From Sminthopsis crassicaudata (Eukaryota), in assembly GCF_048593235.1 (NCBI RefSeq), contig NC_133621.1, forward strand, positions 304,987,146 to 305,051,145: a stretch of DNA of 64,000 nt, given 5' to 3'. Both the position numbers and the translations under genes were made by a program. This document shows positions 49,493 to 60,400 of this stretch, piece by piece. The notes below the pieces were generated by a model, which was not told the origin of the DNA, searched no databases, and worked only from the letters and a program-made list of their open reading frames with translations. Each line of letters starts with the position of its first letter. Within the stretch, counting starts at the first letter, position 1.

Positions 49493-52400
49493 ATGGCAGC
49501 GACGGACCGGACAGGGCCAGGTGAGGGGGGCTCGGAGACCGGGGGCCGGGACTGCCCGGGGACCCTCTGACCCGGCCCTCTCCTCACCCAGGCTCCAGCC
49601 CCCAGAACCCCCCCTCCATCCCGGAGCTGATTAGGAAGAAGCGAGACGGGGCTCGCCTGGAGGATGCTGACATTCGGAGCTTTATTCAGGGGGTGACAGA
49701 GGGGACAGTGGAGGAGGCGCAAATAGGTGACATACCTGCCCCAAGACCTGGAACCACCCCCCCGGGGACCCCAACTTCCCCAGTCCCTGGACAGAGTTCC
49801 CCCCACTTGGGCAGCCCTGTCAGGTTCTCCCTGTGCCCACAGGTGCCATGCTCATGGCTATCCGGTTACGGGGCATGGACCTGGGTGAGACAGAGATTCT
49901 GACGCGAGCCCTGGCCGAGTCCGGGCAGCAGCTTCAGTGGCCCGAGGCCTGGGGACGGCTGGTGGTGGACAAGCACTCAACTGGGGGCGTGGGGGACAAA
50001 GTCAGCCTGGTCTTGGCGCCTGCTCTGGCCGCCTGTGGCTGCAAGGTCAGCCCCCTGCCCCCTCTCCCAGGGGCCTCAAGGCCTGGGTGTAAGGGAGGGA
50101 TGGCTGGGAGACAGAGGGAAGAGGTGAATGCAGGTCCTCCCCGTTGGGCTCTTTCCCCGCTGTCCACTTCCACTCTTTGCTCAGAACTCAGAGCGGCCCT
50201 TAGGCAGACTGTCGGTTCAGAACAGACCCCGAATTGTTGGGGGGGGGCTGAACACTGAAGTCCGACGGAGAGAAAACAGGGAGGTTCCAGCCCTTGGCGC
50301 TGGGATGGGGCTGGGTCTCATCCACACAGGTGCCAATGATCAGTGGCCGGGGACTGGGACACACCGGGGGCACGCTGGACAAGCTGGAAGCCATCCCAGG
50401 CTTCTCGGTGGTACAAAGTCCAGAGCAGGTATTGGGCAAAGGACCCTGACTGGGGCCCCTCATGAACAGTCATCAGTGGGTGAGACAGTACTCACTGAAG
50501 GGCACCTGACTGCCGGGAGAAATCTGGTCCCAAATCCCTGGGGGTCATGGATCCATGGGGCATTACTGTTTGGGGGGCTTTGGTCACTAATGGGGATCCT
50601 CCCCACCTGGGAGATCAGATGCGGGAGCTGCTGGAGCGTGCAGGCTGCTGCATTGTGGGGCAGAGCCAGGAGCTGGTCCCTGCAGACAAAGTTCTCTATG
50701 CCATCCGGGATGTAACTGCCACAGTGGACAGCCTCCCCCTCATCACAGGTGACCTGCTCCCCACCCCTGCTGGAGGCTACTCTGACCCTGGTTAGGAACA
50801 GCCTATCCATTGGTGACTGGACCCATGCCATGTCTCCATGCCCCCTCCCCCCACTGGACAGGAGGTCCCGGTTCTAGCCCAAGCGCCCCCTCTCTGCCCC
50901 TCCAGCCTCCATCCTCAGTAAAAAGGCTGTGGAACAACTCTCAACCCTGGTGGTGGATGTGAAATTTGGAGAAGCAGCCATCTTCCCAAGCCAAGAAAAA
51001 GCTCGGGAGCTAGCCCATGCCCTGGTGAGTGAGTGTGACCGAGGCTCCTTCATGGCTCACTGTTCACCTGCAGAGTATTTCCTCCTTGAGAGCTTCCTGT
51101 GCCAATAAAATCACCAACTTAGGTCTTGGAGTCGGGGTGGGGGATATTGTGGGGGCCAGAGATCAGGGTCTAGGAGAGGTGAACCTTGAAAGTCAGAGTT
51201 TTATAACTTATTTATTATTACCTTCATAACTTCCAATTCAAACAATAAAAACCATCCATGTGTGAGAAAAATAATCCCTCCCCTTTTCCCCTTCACTTTT
51301 GTCTTCCTCTTCCCCTGCTCCCCTCACTCCTCCCTTTCCCCTACCTCTCCTACTCTGCTTTGTCCCTCCCCTATTCTACCTCTCCCTCCTTTATTCTACC
51401 TCTCCTCCTCTTCCCTTCTTCCCCCTTTCTCTCCTTATTTCCTTCCCCCCTCTCCTATCCCTTCCCTTTTTCTCCCTTCTCTTTCCCCCTCCCCCTTTCT
51501 CTTTCTCCCACCCCAAACATTCAGCAGCAGATAGGTAGAACTTGGCAGAAGGAAGAGCATTCCCAAAAATGGGACTGTGAGGGGGGCACCAAGGGGGAAA
51601 GAGGCAGGAACAGAAGGCGTGAAGGGCAGTGGAGGCAGATGGGGCTAGAAAGGCACCAGTGTGGAGGACCTTTAATACCAGCTGGAAATGTCTGGGCTCC
51701 ATGCAGTAGCACTAGGCAACCACTGCAGGCTCTGCAGCCCAATGACCCTGCTGAAGGAATGGATGACCACTTTTTGTCATACTTGGATGACTCTTCCCAG
51801 GTTGGCTGAGAGAAGAGATGAGAGGCAGAGAGCCTGCAATAAGAGAGGCAATAAGGGCCTGAATGAGGGGCAGTCAGTCAGTCAGTCATGACCCAGTAAC
51901 TGTGTCCTAGGCACTATGGCAACTCCTAGGGATACCAAAAAGGTTAAAACACAGTCACTGCCTTCAAAAGGAACTCCGAATCCCAGACACCACACCAATA
52001 ATTATGCACATACAATTATACAGATATAATATGTATGGATAATATAAATGAGAGTAAATGGGTTCCCCAGTTGGCACAAAGCACACATATCTCAGGACTT
52101 GGCGGCTGATCGAATGTAAAAGAGGGAGGAAGGGCCGGGGGAAGAGCCGGTTGCTGCAGTTGGAGGAGGCAGGACTGGAGGGAGGCTGAAGAGCAGAGCT
52201 CCGGGCTCCTTTGGCAATCTGATGGAAGTCTCCGTACTCGGTCTTAGAACGATTTTAAAAATTCATAATTGAAGGAAATGTTGCATTTCAGTAAAGGTTA
52301 GTGAGAAGAAAGGATGTAATTATTTTCCCATTTGTTTTTCATGAAATCAGTCCTCATGTGGGACCCAAGTTAAAATCCCCTGCTTTAGGGCATAGTGAGC

Positions 52401-55121
52401 TTGGGGTGCTAGTGGGAGCACAAGGTGGGCAGGTCCAGGTGGAGTTGTGCACTTTGTGATTGGGACTGGAGTTTTAGACTCAGGACTCATCTGGGCTAAT
52501 ATTAGCCACCAGAGAGTGGGTAAGTCAACAAGAAAGAGCGATTAAAGTGTGAAGAGAAGAGGGCTTAGAGCAACCTTGAATAGCAGCCAACTTTAAAGGC
52601 AGGGAGAAGGTGAGCCAGGAAAAGGAACTTGGGAATGAGTCAGGAAGGGAGGAGGAAACAACCTGAGGCAAGAGAGAGAATTCCAGAACAGATACTCAAA
52701 TGACTCATAAGCTACAGAGACAGCAACAAGGGGAGGCCTTTGAGAGACTTCTGCAGGATTAGGACTGTGCTGGGTGAGGATCCAGAGTGCACCTGGACTC
52801 GATGGGGAAAACTCCGTGCTTGTATATAAAGGAGAATTTCCTCTACAAGGGGGTAGCCACCCATTGCTTGGATACCTCCGGTGACAGGGAACTCACTACC
52901 TAATTTAGCAGGCAATGGAGCAGTAAATGTGACAGACAGAAGAGACAGACGATTGAGACTAGTAGTAAAGTCAGCCCAGGCCATGGGAAGCCCTAAACAT
53001 GCTGGTTGCAAACTGGAAGGAAAATGAGAGCGTCTTAGAATCTGAAATGAAGGGCCCTGAAAAGATCACCCATTTCTGTTTTCATGTTTGCCAAAAAGCA
53101 GACTTCATATCCAAAGGACTCTGAACCAAGGAGCCGGAACTGAGAAAATGAAATTGGTTGGGAAACCCTCCTGATCAATAAGTGGCTCAGAAATGGATGA
53201 AAAAAGGCTTCCAAACCAGAGACAAGCAGAATTTATAGTCGTGGGCCAGTTTGTCAAGATGAATTATCAAAGAGGAAGGGACCCTTGTACACAGTTGGGG
53301 TCTAATAAGCAAATTACCTGTGGGCCAGCCAGCACCAGTCCTTCGAAGACTCTGGCACCCTGCGCTGCAGCTCATGCCCTAGTATGACCGAGGGCTTCTG
53401 AAATCCGTTTCAGACTAGGGATCTGGTTATTCCCCAGATAAAAATAGCATGTTTTTAGTTTTGTTTGTTTTTTAAGTAATTAAGAAGGAAAAAACGACAT
53501 GAAGTCAGAAAAAAAAATAAATCAGAAATGTTCTCAGCAGGAATTTCCCAAGCTCCTCTTCCCCAACAGCATCCCCCAGCAAAGCATATATTACATGCTC
53601 TCTCCCTTCCCCTCCTCCAAAAGTCTAAGCTCTGCAAGGGGCAGAACTGGTCACACTTTTGGTATTGGGAGCTCCAGCCTGGCTTACAGTAGGCACTTAA
53701 TAGATGCTTATTGATCAATTGGTAGAGACAGGAGCCTAAGACCCGGTTGCCGTGGTATGAGGCGTGTCTTAGGAGGGCTGGCCCTATGGTGAGGGGGCTC
53801 GGGGGAGAGGAGCACGGAGATCTGTTAGGAAGCTGCTGACATTTATGAGAGGACACAGGACTCTGGGAGGGCAGCGTGAGGCAGGTGAGGGAAGGGAAGG
53901 ACGTGTGGGGGTAAGATCGGGACTCGGTGGGTGGTTGATGTGGCAGATGAAGGAGAGAGGAGGTTTCTAGCCCAGGAGGCCGCAGAGGAGGGTTGGGGAG
54001 GACGGACACAGGGAGGGGAGCACTCCGGGCAGCAGGCCCAGCAGAACAGGGAGTGGGCCGAGAATGACCCGGCCTGCTCTCTGCAGGTGGGCGTGGGGGC
54101 CCGCCTGGGGGTCCGGGTGGCGGCCGCGCTGACGACGATGGACAACCCTCTGGGCCGCTGCGTGGGCCACGGGCTCGAAGTGGAGGAGGCCTTGCGGTGT
54201 CTGGAGGGAGGAGGCCCCCCGGACTTACGGGACCTCGTCACCCAGTTAGGTGTGTGAAGGGAGGGGGAGGGGGGGAAGGGCTCCTCTGTCCCCGCTCACC
54301 GTCCTGCCTAACCCCGTCCCCAGGAGGATCCCTGCTGTGGCTGAACGGCCAGGCTCCAACCCTGACCCAGGGGACAGCCCGAGTGGGGGCCTCGCTGGAC
54401 GACGGCTCTGCCCTGCGCCAGTTCCGGGCCATGCTGGAGGCCCAGGGGGTGGCCCCCGCGCTGGCCCAGGCTCTGTGCTCGGGGTCTCCCGCCCAGCGCC
54501 GAGGCCTGCTCCCCACGGCCCCCACCCAGGAGGAGCTGAGAACAGCTTCAGAGGGTGAGGAGAAACCCGATTTCAAGGCCCGCCCCGGCCAGCACAAACC
54601 TTCCCCCTTACCTTTGTACGCGTCAGTCACCCCGTGCCCCATGCTCCCCTCCCCTCCCCCCACTAACCCTCCCCTCCCCCCAGGGACGGTGGAGAAGATC
54701 CAGGCCCTGCCCCTGGCCCAGGTTCTCCACGAGCTGGGGGCTGGCCGGACCCGGGCAGGAGAGCCCCTCCGCCACGACGTGGGGCTGGAGCTGCTGGTGA
54801 GCGTGGGACAGAGGGTCAGTGCAGGTGAGAGCGAAGACCGAGATCAGCACCAGACCCGCTCCCGGGCCTCCTTTAAGGGCTCCCGGCCGGTGGGGCGGGG
54901 ACAAGTACTCCGAGCCCCCTCCCACCGCGGCGGGCTCGCGGTGACGGCTCTCCCCGCCACTGCCAGGGACCGCCTGGATCCGCGTGCACCACCAGGGCCC
55001 CGGCCTGAGCCCGCGGCACTGCCAGAAGCTGCAGGAGGCGCTGACGCTGGGCAGCGGGGAGCCCTTCGTGCCCGAGCCCTGCTTTCGGGAGCTCATCCTG
55101 CCCCCCTCCGTGAGCGGCTGA
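49493..55121 (+). CDS. TYMP: Thymidine phosphorylase (467 aa)
   Basis: Exons 49493-49520, 49592-49726, 49843-50045, 50330-50428, 50619-50748, 50906-51024, 54087-54249, 54324-54554, 54684-54824 and 54967-55121 (TGA) total 1404 nt, in phase. Active-site motifs [35 protein letters not shown] and SILSKK are intact. A probable non-coding exon ends at 49397 (GAG|gtaaga). Confidence 0.95.
51290..51515 (+). repeat. CT-rich polypyrimidine low-complexity tract in a TYMP intron
   Basis: Direct reading. Confidence 0.8.
52400..53050 (-). mobile_element. Degraded L2 fragment in a TYMP intron
   Basis: Purine-rich L2-type text (gagaagagggcttagagcaaccttgaatagcagccaactttaaaggcaggg). Confidence 0.5.
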
Positions 55122-55234
55122 GCCCCGGCTTCCAGGCGCTTCCTTCGGGCGAGATCTGCGCGCGTCCCAACCCGGGGCGCTGTCCGCGTGCCTCCCGGGC
55201 CCCCTCGGTTGGGGAAGGGGGGGCGTCTTCTCGG

Positions 55235-55240
55235 AATAAA
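55235..55240 (+). terminator. Polyadenylation signal of TYMP
   Basis: AATAAA 114 nt after the stop. Confidence 0.8.
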
Positions 55241-55264
55241 GTGCCCGTTTCGGCTCGAACTCCG

Positions 55265-55830
55265 CTTGTCCGGGGGCGGGGCCCCTCCGGTCTGGTCTCT
55301 GGGTCCGTGCGCGCCGGGGGCGGGGCGATGACGTCACAGCCCCAAGTCCACGGGCATTCCGCGAGCCCGGCTGGTTCGCCGCTGGGGCTGGGGCCTGGGG
55401 GGCATTATGCGTAGGGTGGTGCGTGCACTTGGGGCGAAGAAAATGGGGGCTACGTGCGTATAGCGGGGACCACCGCCCTCGGCTGCGGAATTGGGAGTAA
55501 GAACGACAGACACTATGCGCCTCAGGGGCAGCAGGGGGCGCTCGCAAGCTTGGAAGGAGAGCCGGTCGTGCTCATGCGTGGTGTCTTCGGCCGTCGCCTC
55601 CCGGTTGCACTACATCCCTGCGCAGACTCAGCATAATTTCCTTTCCCCCGCTGGCCCCACCCCACACGCTGCGCATGCTCCATGGCCTCCAGTCCGAGGT
55701 GACTTCGTCACTTGCCGGCTGAACGCGAATTCGGACTTCATCGCGCGTGTATCCGTCTCGCGAGATCCCAAAAAAACTTCCGGATACGAGACCGGCGAGC
55801 CCGCGAACAGAGGTGAGCGCATGCGCCCCC
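55265..55830 (+). promoter_or_regulatory. SCO2 CpG-island promoter and non-coding exon 1 (donor at 55812/55813)
   Basis: GC boxes, CRE TGACGTCA 55329-55336, TCTCGCGAGA 55756-55765, ETS ACTTCCGG 55776-55783, NRF1 GCGCATGCGC 55817-55826. Donor GAG|gtgagc; acceptor ttgcag| at 56262. Confidence 0.75.
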
Positions 55831-56276
55831 CCCTCCCCACACAGCTACCCTCTGGGTGCTGGGCTCCGGACGAACCTCCGCGCGCGGTCCTGTGCACGCT
55901 GGCTCCAGCCCAGATCCCAAGTTCAGACTGCAGTGGTCAACACTGGCTAAGCGCCTGCTGTGTCCCGAGCCTGTGCTCTGTGCTAACAGTCTAATAAAGG
56001 GGAGACCAGATCCGAGGGCGGGGGTACCACCGGGGCAAAGACCCCGTGCTTCTCGGGGTCGGGCCGGCGCACAGCCCCCCGTGAGCGGGGCACCAAGGAG
56101 CGGCCCACGTGCGGCCAAGGCCGCCTCCGAACTCTCCGCTTGAGGAGTACCCCTTCATCCCCGGCTCCCCACTCTGCTCCCTCCCCCCTCTGTGCCCCCT
56201 ACCCCGTCCCCCACTGCCCTTTCACCTCTGCCCCCTCCCACCCTCTGCTCCCTGTGTTGCAGGGCTCCAGAGTGAG

Positions 56277-57026
56277 ATGTGGCACCTGCGGGCTCCCGGC
56301 CCCTGGCGCGTGGCCCTGGCCTCCCTGCGCCGGGCCGCCCGGCCCTACTCCAGCTCCCAGGAAGCGGGCGGCGGGCCCCCGAGGGCCCTGGGGCTGCGCA
56401 CGCGCCTGCTGGTGACAGGGCTCTTCGGGACCGGGCTGGCGGCGGCTTGGCTGGTGGCCCGGGCGGAGAAGGAGCGGCGGCAGCAGCGGCGGCGGATCGA
56501 GGCGCTGCGCAGCGCGGCCGTGGGCCAGGGGGACTTTGACTTGGTGGACCACACGGGCCGCCCCAGGCGCAAGGCCGACTTCGCGGGCCAGTGGGTGCTC
56601 CTGTACTTCGGCTTCACGCACTGCCCGGACATCTGCCCCGAGGAGCTGGAGAAGCTGGCCGCGGTGGTGCGCAGGCTCGAGGCCGAGCCCGGCCTGCCCC
56701 CCGTGCAGCCCCTCTTCGTCACCGTGGACCCCGAGCGGGACGACGTGGCCGCCGTGGGGAACTACGTGCGCGAGTTCCACCCGCGGCTGCTGGGGCTGAC
56801 CGGCACCCCGGAGCAGGTGAGCCGGGCCGGCCGCAACTACCGGGTCTACTACAGCGCGGGGCCTCCCGACGAGGATCAGGACTACATAGTGGACCACTCC
56901 ATCATCATCTACCTGCTCAATCCCGACGGCCTTTTCACCGACTACTACAACCGGAGCAAGACGGAGGAGCAGATCACAGACAGCGTGCGGCGCCACATGG
57001 CGGCCTTCCGCAGCATCATGGACTGA
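56277..57026 (+). CDS. SCO2: Cytochrome c oxidase assembly copper chaperone SCO2 (249 aa, single coding exon)
   Basis: ATG 56277 lies 14 nt after the acceptor. Arg-rich presequence, TM segment, [24 protein letters not shown] (CxxxC), FVTVDPERD and [18 protein letters not shown] (Cu-binding His). Confidence 0.97.
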   Translation: MWHLRAPGPWRVALASLRRAARPYSSSQEAGGGPPRALGLRTRLLVTGLFGTGLAAAWLVARAEKERRQQRRRIEALRSAAVGQGDFDLVDHTGRPRRKADFAGQWVLLYFGFTHCPDICPEELEKLAAVVRRLEAEPGLPPVQPLFVTVDPERDDVAAVGNYVREFHPRLLGLTGTPEQVSRAGRNYRVYYSAGPPDEDQDYIVDHSIIIYLLNPDGLFTDYYNRSKTEEQITDSVRRHMAAFRSIMD

Positions 57027-57103
57027 GCCCTCCCGGCCCCTCGGAGTCATCCCCCCACGGCCCATGACAAACCCTGATGGGTGGGCTCTCTAGTGACCAG
57101 ATA

Positions 57104-57109
57104 TTTATT
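57104..57109 (-). terminator. Polyadenylation signal of NCAPH2
   Basis: tttatt on +, 315 nt beyond the NCAPH2 stop. Confidence 0.7.
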
Positions 57110-57153
57110 CTGTGTAACAACACTCTACAACAGTACTCGACAAGGGGGTGGGA

Positions 57154-57159
57154 AATAAA
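57154..57159 (+). terminator. Polyadenylation signal of SCO2
   Basis: AATAAA 128 nt after the stop. Confidence 0.8.
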
Positions 57160-57423
57160 GGTATTTCTTCTACAAACAACGTGTCTGAAGCGCCCTAGAG
57201 GTCTGGGTTAGGGCCCGGGCGCCCGGGTCTGGGGGCAGCAGGGATCCGGCCAGTATTCTGGCACCGGGGTGGGGAAGGGCACATCCCCAAAACCCAGCGT
57301 CCTCTGGGCACCTGCTTCAGGGTTGTCGAGGGAAGGCGGAGGGCAAACTTTGGACAGAACGTGGAAAAAACAGCTATAAGGGGACCCGTTCACAAACAGA
57401 CTCGGTCACACAAACATTCACAA

Positions 57424-60400
57424 TCAGGGGGTGGCCATGGAGGGGGCCGTGTAGGTCTGGAAGCGCTCGTGGGCTCGCTGGCGGGTGAGAAGCCGCAGGG
57501 ACATGGTATCCACAGCCTCGGCCAGCCCCGGCTTCTGGGCAATCTCCACGGTGTAGTCGTTGGCCTGGAGGGACAGGGGAGGGTGGGGGGAAGTTTCCTC
57601 CTCCTCTCCCTCTCGCGGTTCCGGGGGAGAAGCTTCAGTGGTGCCCGCCCGCCCTCGGCCAGCCCCGTTCGCCCCCACTCACCAGCTGCAGGGAAGCCAG
57701 CATAGAGCGGCACACCTCGAAGGCGGGCTTGCCGGCCACCAGCTTTGCAAAGGGACACCACTCGTTGAGCTGCTGAAAGCCCGCTACCACTTGGTCCCCG
57801 TAATTATGGATGTCGAAAGGTACGTGCTCCTCCTGGAAGAAGGGAGCGGGGGCTGTCTGCTGCCTGTCTGCCCCGCCCAGGGGTGAAGGGCCCCGCAGGT
57901 CCCAAGCTCCTGCTCACCTGTTCCTGGAGCAGGGGCCCGATGGTGTCCTCCCACTCCCGGATGCGCTGAGACAGCTCGGTCTCATGAACGTACTTCTGAG
58001 AGTTGGCAATAAATAATTCCTGGGAGAAGAAGAGGGGGCTCAGGACGGCTTTGGGCCAGCTGCCCCCCCACTGCCTCATCGGTCTGGCCCCCAAACAGAA
58101 CCTACCACGTTTCTCTGGACCAACTCCTCGTAGGTGAGCGCAGGGATGATCTCTGGCTCTAGGGGAGGGAAGCAGGGCCCCGAGAGTCAGCTCCGAGCTG
58201 GGACGCCCGGCCGTGGCCGCAGAACCCTCCCCACTCCCTCTCCCAGGCCTACCAGGAATATTCTCCAGCGGCTCCTCGTGCTCTGCATCCTCGAGTTCCA
58301 AGTAGCTGTCTGAGAGAAGAGGAAGCCGGGCCCATCAAGAGACCCGGCCAGCACCAGTGCCCCCTCCCCCGCATGCACCCCAGGGGTACCTCCTCCTCCA
58401 AGCTGCTCCAGGGAGTCCTCCACTCGCTCCTCTTCTAGGGCCCACAGCCCTTCCTGGTCCTTGGACAGCAGCTGCTCTGCTCCCTGGGCAGAAGCAGGGG
58501 GAGGTGAGCTACCCAGGGTCTGGACCTGGATCCTCCTGCCCTTCCCATAGGGGCCACTGCAGGGGAAACGGAGGCAGACCCACAGGCGCCGCCTCCTGGG
58601 ATCTGGCAGTGGCGTGGGAGCAATGGCCCGGCCCGGTGCCTGCTGAGCCCGCTGCCCTCACCTCTCCCTGCCGCAGCTTCCGAAGGGCATCCACCTGCTC
58701 CTTGATGTGCTTCCAGTAGAGGGCTTCTAGGTCTGCAGAGACATTGCCAGGGCTCTTGGTTCTGGCACCCTCGCCCCCGTCCCGGTCAGGCCTCCCACCC
58801 TTCTCCAGCCTCACCTGCAAATGTGGGGCCTCTGTGCCGAGGTTTCTGGGAGCTACGGCCGCTATCTGAGGGAGGAGGTCACACGAGCGTCACCGGAGCT
58901 CGGGCCTGTTATCCCATCGTCACCCCCTCCTTCCCCACCCTCCAAGCCTCCACCCCACTTGGGACTCAACTCACAAGCAGCCAGGTACCACTCATGAAAC
59001 CCCTGGAGTCTGGCGGAGATCTTCCGTTTGCGTTTGCCAGACGTGGTCTCCTCCAGCTGCTGCGGCAAAGAGTAAGGGCTACCTGGCGGACAAAGCCTGG
59101 AAGTGAGGCGAAGGGGTCCCGGCCCCGGGGACGAAGCAGACGCCCAGGAGAGATGGCGCTAGAGAGATGTGGGAGCCCCCAAGCCCAGCCCCTCTGGGCC
59201 CCGGGGATGGGCCCAGCACACCACAGTGCTCACCTCCAGCCCTAATCTCTTCTTACCTTTCTTGAAGGGCTTGCCCTCCACAGCTTCAAAGGGGTCCAGA
59301 CTCTGCCAGGGATCGGGAGGCTCCTGCAATGCAGGACACGGGATACTGAGTGAGGACCATGTGTTTGGGACCCCTGATAATCAAATACTGGCCTGCCCGC
59401 CCACAAAGATGCCAGGCCACTCTGAAAGGGATCCTTTCCCTTCCCCACCCCAACAGCTGGCAAAGTTAATGGCTCCCAGGAAGGGACAGGGAAGAGACCT
59501 CCGTGGCGCCTCCCTCAGCCCCAACGGCTCCTCTTGCCTTTGGGTGCCATGAGGGACGAGGGGTGGCAGCTGGGGTTTTGCCCCGCAGCGAGTATCTCCT
59601 TGGCTCCAGGACACCCTAGGAGAGAGAGTGGAAGCGATCAACCTCACTGCCCGTCGCACCTCCACCTGCCCCCAGAGGCTGGAGGGAACAAGCAGATGTT
59701 CTGCCCAGACCAGCCCGAGTGGCCGCCCTGCTTGGAGGGAGAAGGGCAGGGTCCCCAAGGATTTCTGGGGGCTGCTGGAAGCGGAGTTGAGCCCAGGAAA
59801 AGGCCCGTGATTATGCCGTACTTCGTGTATTTTCCAGCGGTCCCCCCAGACGTGGGGCTAAAATGTGCTCAAACACTTGGACCCAATGAGCCCAGAGACC
59901 ACCCTCACCCCCATTCACTCTTCTGTGATTCATCTGCCCACATGAGCCTCAAAGAGCCCATGTCCCTCTGACATCATCGGAGCAGTCTCCCCATCCCCCT
60001 GCACTCCCGCCCTACCTGCTGCTGCTCAGGGGACTTAGGAGAGGCCTCGGGGACCTCCGGGTGAAGGAGCGCGTCTCCTCCCACCTCTTCCTCACCTTCC
60101 GACAGTGCAGCCTCTGGAGGAGGGCAGGGAGAGGAGGATGAGACTGGCCACTTACGGGCCCAGGCAGGTGTCCGGGGAGCGGGGCTACCGGGCTCTCAAG
60201 CTCGGTGTAAAGCTGAGTCCAGATTCGCCTCCATTTAAATTGGAGGGAAGAAGACTCGGCTGCCTGGGGCTCGGGTTGCATGGGAGCTGGGGGGGGGGGG
60301 GGCGGAGGAAGGGAGCAGGGGAAGGGAATGAGCCTCAGCTCTACACCTGGCTTCTCATCTTCCTCCTGGGAGAAGTTGAGCACCGGAGCTGGGGACATGC

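Noticed and set aside
52060-52385. Possible hAT/MER-type DNA transposon remnant in a TYMP intron
   Set aside because: Only a suggestive terminus (aaatcccctg); I could not establish matching TIRs or an 8-bp TSD.
53745-53760. RFX X-box-like GTTGCCGTGGTATG in a TYMP intron
   Set aside because: The right half-site is imperfect and it lies far from any ciliary-gene promoter.
54197-55414. 405-aa ORF over the TYMP 3' exons
   Set aside because: Chance read-through of GC-rich introns; the true frame changes at the splice sites identified.
56109-56276. N-terminal extension of the SCO2 ORF (305 aa)
   Set aside because: It lies in the intron upstream of the acceptor at 56262; the real start is ATG 56277.
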